Shown one piece after another: positions 17,741-26,168 of a stretch of DNA of 35,941 nt (its first letter is position 1; every line of letters starts with the position of its first letter). The translations under genes were made by a program, and so were the position numbers. The stretch covers positions 1-35,941 of IMG/VR virus record IMGVR_UViG_3300026016_000021; one strand, written 5' to 3'. The notes below the pieces were generated by a model that had not been told where the DNA came from, did no database searches, and saw only the letters and a program-made list of their open reading frames with translations. Origin of the DNA: a virus. Lineage: Duplodnaviria > Caudoviricetes.

Positions 17741-18526
17741 TTACCCCGGAAATTCACGCACCCGCAGATCCGCAGGCCATTCCGCGGGGTCTCCCCCCTT
17801 GGGATCCCTCATGCCCGCCGCGCCGCCCAGCTGCTTGACGAAGACCCGAACGCCATGGTCAGAAGCCTGGCGGACAATCTCGCGGATCCACTCGGGCCGG
17901 CATGGCCTGGCATCCGGTCCGCTTTCTCCCCCAACGATGATCCAATCCGGTGGGCGGGCGTATCCGCAAGCCCGGCTGATATCCACCGGTCCGATCAATG
18001 GTTCGAGCGAAACGAACAGGGTCCGCGCTTCGCCTTCCCGGGCCGTTCGTTCGATGGGCTCCCAGCGAGCGTCGAACATCGCTTGATTGCCCGCGGAGAA
18101 ACCGAGCCAAACGTTCCTCGGAAAACGGCCTCCATTGTCCAGCCAACGCGTCGGCAACATCGTAGGCATGAATAGCGTCCGCTTGGTCAGGAGCAACCAA
18201 TCCAGATGCGGCGTGGCCTCAATCAAACTGTAGAGCTCATAGCGCCAGGCCTGCTCGGCTTGATGGTCAAACACATCGCACAGAGAACCGCAGAACACTC
18301 GTTTTCTTCCCAGTTTTCGCGCCGCATTGTTCCAGCGGATTGGCATCCTCCAGGAACCAGGCGATGTTCGCCGGCGCAACGCCGCCGCACCCCAAGAAAT
18401 CCCAAAGATCCTCATGGTCATCGATCGCTCCGCGTAACAATTGGCGCAATCCGGACCGACCTTCGCGCAACCCAACCACGGGTTAAAAGTGTGGTGAGCC
18501 CATTGGATTTTGGTGTCCGCTCCCAT
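17741..18526 (-). CDS. DUF5131 (phage Gp37/Gp68) radical-SAM-like protein
   Basis: TKIQWAHHTFNPWLGC.KV...C.NCYA, LLTKR, SLEPL and WIIVGGESG motifs. Confidence 0.9.
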   Translation of the reverse strand: MGADTKIQWAHHTFNPWLGCAKVGPDCANCYAERSMTMRIFGISWGAAALRRRTSPGSWRMPIRWNNAARKLGRKRVFCGSLCDVFDHQAEQAWRYELYSLIEATPHLDWLLLTKRTLFMPTMLPTRWLDNGGRFPRNVWLGFSAGNQAMFDARWEPIERTAREGEARTLFVSLEPLIGPVDISRACGYARPPDWIIVGGESGPDARPCRPEWIREIVRQASDHGVRVFVKQLGGAAGMRDPKGGDPAEWPADLRVREFPG

Positions 18527-18528
18527 AA

Positions 18529-18852
18529 TCAGAATGGATCGATTCCCAGATCCATCGCCTTCTCACACCAATCTCGCAGCTCAGGCCAGCTCCGGATCGA
18601 TTTGGCAGAGTTTCGGAGCTGCTCGAGGTCACTGCCATCCTCCTCCAGGCCCGTCCAACACGGGGCATGGACCCAATATGCGACGTAGCCGGTGAGCAGC
18701 TCAAGTTGAGCCTGGGGAGGTAAACGGCCTTTGAGGAGGAACTCATAGTAGGCCTCCACAGCCTCGAGCAGCCATCCGCTCTGCTCGTCGCGCCAATAGA
18801 GCGGGCCGCCGCCAGGATAAACCTGGGGGAATGGGATCGCTTTCATGCTCAT
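18529..18852 (-). CDS. Hypothetical protein
   Basis: ATGA-coupled; PLYWRDEQSG and GIDPF motifs. Confidence 0.65.
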   Translation of the reverse strand: MSMKAIPFPQVYPGGGPLYWRDEQSGWLLEAVEAYYEFLLKGRLPPQAQLELLTGYVAYWVHAPCWTGLEEDGSDLEQLRNSAKSIRSWPELRDWCEKAMDLGIDPF

Positions 18853-20087
18853 GCTCGTGCCGGCCAGCGGCCCTCCTCCCGCGCGATGCGGCTCATGTAG
18901 CCGCCCGGATTAGCGATCTTGTCCTCCTCGCGAGTCCGGGTCCGCATGCTCGCCCGCAGATCCGAGAGCAGGGCCCGAACGTAGTCCGGATCCTCACGCG
19001 TCAGCCGCTCCCACTGGGCGCGATACCGGCGAAACTTCGGACCGCTGACTCGCTCGACCTCGGTCAGAATCGCCGCCCATTCGCCTTCCGCCCCGCTCGC
19101 CGGATCGTCCCGGGCTGAAAATTCGCCAGGGCCACCCCTGGCTAAAAATTCGCCCGGCCCCCCCTGCACCCCCTGCTCTGTCTTAGCAGAGCATGCATGC
19201 TTTGCTAATGCACTGCAGAGCACGCCTGCGCGCGCGCGCGAGGGTTCGGGCTGATTTTTAGCCAGGGGCGACGGCGGTGCGTTCGCGTCCACAGCCAAGC
19301 GCAGCTCGGCAACCAGATCCGCAACAGAGACTTGCGAACCGGGTCCGACCGGCTGATCATGCGTGCCGACAGGGCCTGGCTGATTTTTAGCCAGGGGGTG
19401 TCCTGGCTGATTTTCAGCCCGACCTGGCTGATTTTCAGCCCGAGCCTGGCTGATTTTCAGCCCGGGTGAGCCGGGCCTGGCTAAAAATTCGCCAGGCGGT
19501 TGGGGGCCTGGCTGATTTTCAGCCCGGTGGTCATGGCTATTTTTCAGCCCGGAGACGGCTGAAATTTCACCATGCGGTAAGAGCGACTCGGACCCTGGCT
19601 GATTTCCAGCCCGAGGGCAAGAGCTATCGGAGGCCTCGGCCGACCGAGGAGCCCCCATTCCCGGAGACGGAATGGGAGCCGGCGACGCCGCGCGCAGAGC
19701 CCGCGCGGCGCTTTCATCCGCCAGAGGACCATCCAGAGGCCGCTCGCTCGGCAGCGGCAACTCCGTCTGATCCCCGCCTCGATCGGCGTCGGCTTCCCGT
19801 GCCCGGACGGACCAACCCGACGTGTCCGGGAGAATCCTATAGACCGGTCTCTCGACAAGGAGCACCCGGGCCCTGATCAGGTCCGCGAGGGTGGCGCGCA
19901 CCTCAGCGCTCCGGCGCCGGCGCCCGACCAGCGCGGGCAGGTCCGGGATCCGCGCCTCGGCCCGGCCAATCAGGAAGCTATTGGCCAGCACCGCGCACAG
20001 GACCTCGAATTCCCGCTCGCGAAAATCGTAGCGACACATCGCCAGGAGCGTTCGGCCACCCAGAACAATGTAGTCGGCCGCAGTCAT
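18849..20087 (-). CDS. Putative replication initiator containing the origin
   Basis: N-terminal winged-helix-like region, repeat-filled linker, C-terminal KIANPGGYM; ATGA coupling at 20087. Confidence 0.65.
   Translation of the reverse strand: MTAADYIVLGGRTLLAMCRYDFREREFEVLCAVLANSFLIGRAEARIPDLPALVGRRRRSAEVRATLADLIRARVLLVERPVYRILPDTSGWSVRAREADADRGGDQTELPLPSERPLDGPLADESAARALRAASPAPIPSPGMGAPRSAEASDSSCPRAGNQPGSESLLPHGEISAVSGLKNSHDHRAENQPGPQPPGEFLARPGSPGLKISQARAENQPGRAENQPGHPLAKNQPGPVGTHDQPVGPGSQVSVADLVAELRLAVDANAPPSPLAKNQPEPSRARAGVLCSALAKHACSAKTEQGVQGGPGEFLARGGPGEFSARDDPASGAEGEWAAILTEVERVSGPKFRRYRAQWERLTREDPDYVRALLSDLRASMRTRTREEDKIANPGGYMSRIAREEGRWPARA
19111..19614. repeat. About 12 quasi-palindromic 19-21-bp iterons (consensus near CCTGGCTGATTTTCAGCCCG)
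   Basis: Copies at about 19111, 19137, 19247, 19375, 19402, 19423, 19445, 19476, 19507, 19534, 19557 and 19594. Confidence 0.8.
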
Positions 20088-20389
20088 CGCCCGTTCGGAT
20101 GGCAACGCACTTGGAACCGGCTCGACGGCCGGAGCTTGGTCAGTCGCACCGGTGGATCCCCAAAGTCGACCACCGGATGAACCAAAGGCCCTCTCAGGCC
20201 GGGCGAGATCTCGAAGGCCACGCCATCCCAAGGGAGAGACCTTCCACAGCGCCGGCAGAAATTCCCAACAAAGGCGCCTGGCTTGTAGCGCTGCTCTCCC
20301 TCGTGCTCGATCACCACCCGGGAAGCAACCCGCTCGTAATGGAGCCGCGCGCGAACTTCGTCTGATTCGGGGATCGCGCTGGCGCTCAT
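20084..20389 (-). CDS. Hypothetical protein (CxxC)
   Basis: ATGA-coupled at both ends. Confidence 0.55.
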   Translation of the reverse strand: MSASAIPESDEVRARLHYERVASRVVIEHEGEQRYKPGAFVGNFCRRCGRSLPWDGVAFEISPGLRGPLVHPVVDFGDPPVRLTKLRPSSRFQVRCHPNGR

Positions 20390-20955
20390 GAGGACCTCCG
20401 ACGATGTATCGACGCCGAGCCGGGAATGATCCGCTCCCGTAGCGCGTCGAGGGCTTCGCCCGTGAACGTGGCCATGGCTTCGGTGGCCAGGTCATAGGCC
20501 TGCGTGGCCACGCCCATGTGATATCCAAGGGTATCGGTCCGTTTCAGACCCTCGGCATTCTCGTAACAGGATGGCGACTTCATGGCGCACCACCTTTGGA
20601 TCGCCTCAAGGAGACTGCTAAGAGCCTTGGCGCCTTCGCTCATCACCGCCGCGAACGTTTTGCCCCAAAGCTCCTCCAAGGCCGCGGCTGACGGCTCGGA
20701 CGGGGCCTCCGGCATCGCGGTCCTGACCGAGTTTCGCAAAAGTTCCAAGCTCAGCACCAAGCTCAGCCGGCCCGCCTCCGCGTGAAACTTATCACGCAGG
20801 AGATTGGCCTCGGAGCATGTGGGCGACAGTTCAGTAAGTCGCCGCGCGCAATACTCGACCGCGCGCGTGAGACTCTGCAGGACCGGATCCGGACTGACCG
20901 CCCCGGCCGATCGAATCACTTCCGCAGGTCGGGCCATTGAGGTGTCCGCACTCAT
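20386..20955 (-). CDS. Hypothetical protein
   Basis: ATGA-coupled at both ends. Confidence 0.6.
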   Translation of the reverse strand: MSADTSMARPAEVIRSAGAVSPDPVLQSLTRAVEYCARRLTELSPTCSEANLLRDKFHAEAGRLSLVLSLELLRNSVRTAMPEAPSEPSAAALEELWGKTFAAVMSEGAKALSSLLEAIQRWCAMKSPSCYENAEGLKRTDTLGYHMGVATQAYDLATEAMATFTGEALDALRERIIPGSASIHRRRSS

Positions 20956-21263
20956 AGGCTTCCAACGACGCTGAGTTTGGCCGCCACGATCCGGACCAGG
21001 GCCTTGTCGTCGAAAACGTCAAAGAGCCGCGCCGGCAACGGTTCCTGCGGATCAATCATGCCGGGAATCTCCGGATGCAGATTGGCGAGATGCACGTAAG
21101 CCAGGGAGGAGCCGGCGGAGATAGTCAGATACATGCCAGCCGAAACGCCAGGCTGGACCGCCAGCGGATGAACAAAGACCTGGCCGGAGGCCAGGCCTGG
21201 CGCCGGGACCGGGGGCTGATTGACATTGGTGAACTCGATTTGGAGTTGATTGATGGTCGGCAT
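20952..21263 (-). CDS. Hypothetical protein
   Basis: ATG 21263 follows an A/C-rich leader; coupled to the next gene. Confidence 0.55.
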   Translation of the reverse strand: MPTINQLQIEFTNVNQPPVPAPGLASGQVFVHPLAVQPGVSAGMYLTISAGSSLAYVHLANLHPEIPGMIDPQEPLPARLFDVFDDKALVRIVAAKLSVVGSL

Positions 21264-21367
21264 AACGGTTGTTCTTTGGTTGGTTGTTGGGATTGCCGGG
21301 GGGCGGGGGATCCGTCCCCCGCTAAAACGCCCGTGGGTAGGGTTAAGGCGTCGCCCCGGCAAATTCT

Positions 21368-21664
21368 TCATTGGTTCCTTTTCCACCAGTCGGCTGGATC
21401 CTCATCGCGGGAGTCGCCGGCGCCGGTTTTGGTTTCATCGATCCGCCGCTCCAGAGCGGCAATCCGGCGCTGGTCCGCCCGATGCAGAATCCCCAGACGG
21501 TTGACGTCCAGCAGATGCATCCTGGCCCGACACCGCTCCCGCTCCAGCGCGATCTGATACCACAGGGAGGCCAGTGTCCAACCGATCGCGGCGGCGACCA
21601 GCGCGATATAGAGGGTGGGAACCCAAGTGTCGTCCGACGGTGCCAGGAGGACGGGTGGATTCAT
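21368..21664 (-). CDS. Single-TM membrane protein with coiled coil
   Basis: LYIALVAAAIGWTLASLW; ends DPADWWK. Confidence 0.6.
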   Translation of the reverse strand: MNPPVLLAPSDDTWVPTLYIALVAAAIGWTLASLWYQIALERERCRARMHLLDVNRLGILHRADQRRIAALERRIDETKTGAGDSRDEDPADWWKRNQ

Positions 21665-21873
21665 CGGATCGGCAGGTTGGATTCCACACCCTCCAAATGC
21701 GTCTGCAGTCGCTCTAACGACTGGACAAAGAGGCGGCCATAGCTGGCGGCCTGGTTGGCCAGGCTATCGGTCCTGGAGCCCGGCAGGGCTTGGGCCCGCT
21801 CCAATTCCCTGAGCGTTTCGCGGGCGCTCTGCAGCCAAATAAACGTTCCATCGGCGGTTGGGGGGATGCTCAT
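21661..21873 (-). CDS. Hypothetical protein
   Basis: ATGA-coupled. Confidence 0.55.
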   Translation of the reverse strand: MSIPPTADGTFIWLQSARETLRELERAQALPGSRTDSLANQAASYGRLFVQSLERLQTHLEGVESNLPIR

Positions 21874-22241
21874 GGCGATGAGGGTTGTGTTGCCGTTCGG
21901 GGCCCGGGCCCGCGGGGTTCCAGATCCGCGGCGGCCGCGCTTTCACTATTGATATCGCGATCGTTATGAATGCGGCCCGGCGAATTGCACGCCGGACCCC
22001 TCTCGGCAAATTCATGTCCGCAAAACCGGCGATAGGCCACGGCGAGATCGCTGAGGGCGCCCTGCGCCCGGTTCACGGCGATCACCGCCCGCAACTCCGC
22101 CGTCTGAATCTCGTCGCTGACCAAGGCCGGCATCCCCCGCAGATCGAGCGATCCGAAGGCCTCGACGATCTCCTTCTCCCAACGGGCCAGCTCATGGCGC
22201 ATCGTCTCCACCGCACCCAGGGCTCTCTGTCCGGATCTCAT
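21870..22241 (-). CDS. Hypothetical protein
   Basis: ATGA-coupled start at 22241. Confidence 0.5.
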   Translation of the reverse strand: MRSGQRALGAVETMRHELARWEKEIVEAFGSLDLRGMPALVSDEIQTAELRAVIAVNRAQGALSDLAVAYRRFCGHEFAERGPACNSPGRIHNDRDINSESAAAADLEPRGPGPRTATQPSSP

Positions 22242-22612
22242 CGCCGAGGCCTCCAGGGAATTTCGATTGGCACCTCGATCGGGAGTTCGGCCTGGACCGG
22301 AGCCTGAGCAAGCCCGATCGGCATCGTGGCTGAGTCCTTCCCTTGGCCGGCCAGCCAAAGGCGCAGGTCGGTTTGGAGGGCGCCTTCGGCGATCGCCGAC
22401 ACCCGCTTGGATGGGGTTACATCGTAATGGGGGAAACCCTTGCGATCCTGAAACCAGCCCCGCGCCAGGCCAATCCGGCGCGCAAATAAGTGCAGCAACG
22501 CTTCCTCGCCCGGATCACACCAAAGATGACACCAGCGGTTGCCAAATCTCCGGGCCCGTTTGGCGATCATTTCTTCGGGATAGCTCCTGATGTCGTCAAC
22601 GTGGATGCTCAT
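22238..22612 (-). CDS. DUF4031-like protein
   Basis: IHVDD..WCHL..LHLFARRIGL...WFQ..HYDVT..KR..AI..GA. Confidence 0.8.
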   Translation of the reverse strand: MSIHVDDIRSYPEEMIAKRARRFGNRWCHLWCDPGEEALLHLFARRIGLARGWFQDRKGFPHYDVTPSKRVSAIAEGALQTDLRLWLAGQGKDSATMPIGLAQAPVQAELPIEVPIEIPWRPRR

Positions 22613-22833
22613 AAGTGTTGGAGCCAGTCCTCGTCCTGGCCGCAGGATTTGATCAGGAATTCCTTGAGAACATTGATCGCCGATTGGCGGTCAATCGAGC
22701 TGATATAGCGAAGCCGTCCCCCTTGCGGGCCCTCGAAGGGGACCACCAACAGAATGAAGCCGTGATTGTCCGGAAACTTCGCCTCGATCTCCTTGGCGGC
22801 GAGCTTCAAATATTCACGGTTGTATCGGCTCAT
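22609..22833 (-). CDS. Hypothetical protein
   Basis: GFILLVVPF..YISS.DR pattern; ATGA-coupled. Confidence 0.65.
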   Translation of the reverse strand: MSRYNREYLKLAAKEIEAKFPDNHGFILLVVPFEGPQGGRLRYISSIDRQSAINVLKEFLIKSCGQDEDWLQHL

Positions 22834-23210
22834 GAATCGATCATCTCCGTGGCGATTCGCATTCGCCGTTGCTTGGGAGTCTCGCAGAAACTGCAGAGAT
22901 TCGGGCCAACCCAGTGGCAGGTCATACCCCTTTTGGGATCCACGCAGGCCCGAAACTCTGTGCAGCCGCATCGGACGCACGCGCGCGGCTCAACCTCCTC
23001 GAGCACCTCCTCGAAACGGCGCAGCATCACCAAAGCCGACGCGGCGCCGGGATGCTCCCTGCGCCATCTGGCCCCCTGATGGATCGACACGCGCGAAAGC
23101 CGGAAATACTCCTCCAGATGCGCCCGCGCGCCGCGGATCAATTCCACCATGGGACCAAGAGCCTCGCTGCTCGTCCGCGCCGGCCTCCGGTTGTCCTCCC
23201 GCTTGCTCAT
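22830..23210 (-). CDS. Cys-rich zinc-finger protein
   Basis: CVRCGCTEFRAC...CHWV..NLCSFC. Confidence 0.7.
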   Translation of the reverse strand: MSKREDNRRPARTSSEALGPMVELIRGARAHLEEYFRLSRVSIHQGARWRREHPGAASALVMLRRFEEVLEEVEPRACVRCGCTEFRACVDPKRGMTCHWVGPNLCSFCETPKQRRMRIATEMIDS

Positions 23211-24031
23211 GCTGCGGCCTTTGCTTTGGGGGCCCGTCGTGGACTACTTGAGCGCCTCGGGAACGCCACCGCAGTTCCATGCTTCTGGGCAAGGCGTTCG
23301 ATCGCTTCGACGCCATGGAAACCACCGTCCTGAAGAACTCGAAGGAACTTTTGCAGGATGGGGATCCCATCCAGATCGATCATGGTCGCCACCTCGGGAA
23401 CGTTCTCCATAATCAGCGACCTGGGCTGGACCTCAACGATCAGGCGCGCAAACTCAAACAGGAGCTGATTCCGCGGATCGTCAGGCCGCCGATTCCTGTT
23501 GGCGCGGGTGAAGCCCTGACACGGCGGCCCGCCGAAAATGCAGCCCAGTTCGCCCTTCTCCATCCCCAGAATGTTGAGCAGCCGTTCGCCGGTTAGCTTC
23601 CGAACGTCGCCGCAGATGACATGCGAGACACCGGGCACCGACGCCGGCTGATGAGCGATCCAGCCATCCCCGCAGACAGGGAACGAAAATAGCAGCTGTT
23701 CCTTCGAGGCTCTCTGGCCGGCTTTCCAGATCGCCTTCTCCATGCGCTCCTCGTCGCTGGGTTCGACGAAATGAAACTGGACCTGGCCCCAGCGACAGAG
23801 ATTCGAGGCGTAGGTCAGGATACAGTTCGTGTCATATTCGATCGCTGCGACCACCTCCAGCCCTCCTTGAATGGCTCCAAGGGAAAAACCGCCACCGCCC
23901 GCGAAGACGTCGACCGCGAGAAGGCGCCTTCGATCTTCGGCGATTTCGTAGGCCAACCGTTCGGGGACCAACAGCCCGCTGGGCATCTCAATCAGGCATC
24001 CCGGGGCCTTTCGGTTGACAGTCTCTTTCAT
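23207..24031 (-). CDS. C5 DNA cytosine methyltransferase, N-terminal part only
   Basis: Motif I DVFAGGGG, II IEYD, III GDV, IV GGPPCQGF, VI MENV; motifs VIII-X not seen. Confidence 0.8.
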   Translation of the reverse strand: MKETVNRKAPGCLIEMPSGLLVPERLAYEIAEDRRRLLAVDVFAGGGGFSLGAIQGGLEVVAAIEYDTNCILTYASNLCRWGQVQFHFVEPSDEERMEKAIWKAGQRASKEQLLFSFPVCGDGWIAHQPASVPGVSHVICGDVRKLTGERLLNILGMEKGELGCIFGGPPCQGFTRANRNRRPDDPRNQLLFEFARLIVEVQPRSLIMENVPEVATMIDLDGIPILQKFLRVLQDGGFHGVEAIERLAQKHGTAVAFPRRSSSPRRAPKAKAAA

Positions 24032-24183
24032 AGATTGCGTCGGCGCCGATCGAGAGTAAGCCGGATGAGACAGGCTAGGTTGGTGACGGCCAGGAACAGC
24101 GAATTGAACCGGATCAAATCCTCTACAACCAAGCCTGCGCCGGCGGCCGTCAGCCAAAAGGCGAGCAAGGCCGAAGTCGTCAC
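24028..24183 (-). CDS. Small membrane protein (51 aa, not in the ORF track)
   Basis: MTTSALLAFWLTAAGAGLVVEDLIRFNSLFLAVTNLACLIRLTLDRRRRNL; GTGA and ATGA overlaps fill the gap exactly. Confidence 0.65.
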   Translation of the reverse strand: MTTSALLAFWLTAAGAGLVVEDLIRFNSLFLAVTNLACLIRLTLDRRRRNL

Positions 24184-24425
24184 AAAACCCTCCTCCGCAT
24201 GAGACGCAGCTGCTGCTTGTGCGCGGCAACCCGCAGGCTAAGCGATGCCGAGGCCTCGACCGCCCTCAGCTCCCGCTGCTGTAACGCCGATTCCACATCC
24301 GCCATTCGATACCGGAACACCCGAGCGTTCAGCCGAATCGCGGGAATCACCCGCTGCCGCCGCAGCCGGGCGATCGCCGCCGGCGAAAGGCAAAGCGCAG
24401 CTCCGAGTTGGCGGGCGGTCATCAT
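24180..24425 (-). CDS. xis: Excisionase-like HTH protein
   Basis: MTARQLGAAL.LS...IARLRR...IPAIRL..RVFRY...DV pattern; second gene of the early operon. Confidence 0.7.
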   Translation of the reverse strand: MMTARQLGAALCLSPAAIARLRRQRVIPAIRLNARVFRYRMADVESALQQRELRAVEASASLSLRVAAHKQQLRLMRRRVL

Positions 24426-24589
24426 TTGATGTCCGAAGCGATCTGGCTTTTCTCCCGAACCCAGTCAGAGACCAATTGCGCCGCTGATCTTTTGCGTTTT
24501 GTCGCCAGTTTGAGCAGCGTGTTTTTGAGGGCTCGGGGTAGGTAAAGATTGAGTTTTACTCCATGTTTGACTGTGCGAGGTCTGGACAT
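24422..24589 (-). CDS. Ribbon-helix-helix regulator, Cro-position (55 aa, not in the ORF track)
   Basis: MSRPRTVKHGVKLNLYLPRALKNTLLKLATKRKRSAAQLVSDWVREKSQIASDIK; ATGA overlap with xis. Confidence 0.8.
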   Translation of the reverse strand: MSRPRTVKHGVKLNLYLPRALKNTLLKLATKRKRSAAQLVSDWVREKSQIASDIK

Positions 24590-24608
24590 GCTCGGCGTTC
24601 ATAGCCCT

Positions 24609-24650
24609 TTCTGTGGCGCCACACAAGAGTTTTTTAGAGGCGCCACAGAA
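24609..24650. promoter_or_regulatory. Two operators, TGTGGCGCCACA (24612-24623) and AGAGGCGCCACA (24636-24647)
   Basis: Perfect 12-bp palindrome plus a 10/12 copy 24 bp away, between divergent regulators. Confidence 0.75.
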
Positions 24651-24655
24651 TTTTT

Positions 24656-24684
24656 TTGACCGGAGGTCATTCTTGGCGTATAAA
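24656..24684 (+). promoter_or_regulatory. Sigma70-type promoter for the repressor-integrase operon
   Basis: TTGACC-17 nt-TATAAA, 10 nt before ATG 24695. Confidence 0.75.
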
Positions 24685-24694
24685 ACGCCCTCAA

Positions 24695-24925
24695 ATGCGC
24701 CCGAAACTCAAAGAAGGAGTCAAAACCAATCTTTACTTGGACGTTCAGACTAAACGAGATCTGCAATGGCTTGCCGTCTATTATCGAAAGCGGAGCATGG
24801 CGGAGATGGTCGAGGATCTCATTGCAGAGGAGATGGCGAAGCCGGAAGTAATTGCCGAGCTCAGTGATGAAGAGAAAAAGGTCCGGCGGCGTGGCGCGCA
24901 TAAATCTCCCACCCGCAGACGATGA
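24695..24925 (+). CDS. Ribbon-helix-helix regulator, repressor-position
   Basis: GVKTNLYLD..KRDLQWLA...KRSMAEMVEDLI. Confidence 0.8.
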   Translation: MRPKLKEGVKTNLYLDVQTKRDLQWLAVYYRKRSMAEMVEDLIAEEMAKPEVIAELSDEEKKVRRRGAHKSPTRRR

Positions 24926-24929
24926 GGCC

Positions 24930-26168
24930 GTGAGTAAGCGCCAAACGGTCAAAGTCGGGTCGGTTGCGATTAGGATTTATGCAACTCCCACGCGAAGGGG
25001 ACGCAAATCCTATTCGGCCTGGACACTCTGCCACTACTTCGGCGGAGCGAGGATTCGGCAAAAATTTTCGGACCTAGCGCGCGCCAAAACCCAAGCAGAA
25101 GCGGTCGCAACGAGATTAGCCAATGGAGAGACCGAGGCCCTATCAATGCGAGCAGCCGATGCTCAGGCTTGGGGGAGAATTATCGAGCTCCTGCGGCCCT
25201 GGAAAAAATCTCCCGAACTGGCCATCGCCGAATACATTGCAATTCTGGAAAGCCTTGGGGGAGCCTGCACCCCAGCTGACGCCGTGGCGTTCTGGCGCGC
25301 TCGGCATCCCGTGGGTCTTAGCGGTCGGAACATTCCGGAATTGGTTGAGGCTTTCGTCGCCGCCAAGAAGTCGGATGGATTATCGGTCAGGCATCTCAAA
25401 GATTTGCAGGGCCGCCTCGGGGCCTTTGCGAAGAAATTCACCGGCCCTGCCAGCGCTCTTGCTCCTCCCGAGGTGGACAATTGGCTTAGGACCGGGCAAT
25501 GGGGGCTGCGTAGCCGCAACAATTATCGCTGCGCCCTGCTGACCTTTGTCCGATGGTGCAAGGCTCGACATCACCTGCCTGTGGATTGGGAGCTATCCTC
25601 GGCCCGCGCAAAGCTTCCTCCCACCGATCCGAAACTTTTCGAGCCTGGTGAACTCGCCAGGCTCCTCGAGGCCTGCCCCGATCGATTGCTGCCGTTCCTA
25701 GCGATCTCTGCTTTCGCTGGCTTGCGGCATGCCGAGCTCAATGGCCCCAAAGGTCGCCTCAACTGGTCCGCGATCGATTGGGAAGCGAAAACCATCTATG
25801 TGGGCGCCAATCTCGCGAAGACATCGGCGCATCGGATTGTCCCAATGACCCCGAACTTGGAAGCTTGGTTGAAGCCATTCGCCAAAATCGATGGCCCCAT
25901 CTGCACAATCGCGAACACCAGCAAGGCGATCAACCATCTGGCGAAGGCGGTAGGGATCATTTGGCGTCGGAATGCCCTCCGAAAGTCCTTCATTAGTTAT
26001 CGGCTGGCAATCACCCAAAACATCGCGCAAGTGGCCGAGGAAGCCGGGAATAGCCCAGCCAAGATCCTCAGCAATTATCGACGGCCAATCCAGCGCTCGC
26101 AGGCGGAACGCTGGTTTGCGATCTCGCCCGCACCACTGCAAAACGTTCATCAATTGAAGCTGCTATGA
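24930..26168 (+). CDS. int: Tyrosine integrase
   Basis: FAGLRHAEL, AKT, NALRKSFISY, EAGNS and SNY; GTG start 4 nt after the repressor stop; attP nearby. Confidence 0.92.
   Translation: MSKRQTVKVGSVAIRIYATPTRRGRKSYSAWTLCHYFGGARIRQKFSDLARAKTQAEAVATRLANGETEALSMRAADAQAWGRIIELLRPWKKSPELAIAEYIAILESLGGACTPADAVAFWRARHPVGLSGRNIPELVEAFVAAKKSDGLSVRHLKDLQGRLGAFAKKFTGPASALAPPEVDNWLRTGQWGLRSRNNYRCALLTFVRWCKARHHLPVDWELSSARAKLPPTDPKLFEPGELARLLEACPDRLLPFLAISAFAGLRHAELNGPKGRLNWSAIDWEAKTIYVGANLAKTSAHRIVPMTPNLEAWLKPFAKIDGPICTIANTSKAINHLAKAVGIIWRRNALRKSFISYRLAITQNIAQVAEEAGNSPAKILSNYRRPIQRSQAERWFAISPAPLQNVHQLKLL

Noticed and set aside
19111-19614. CRISPR-like repeat-spacer array
   Set aside because: Irregular spacing, two variants, located inside an ORF; fits iterons better
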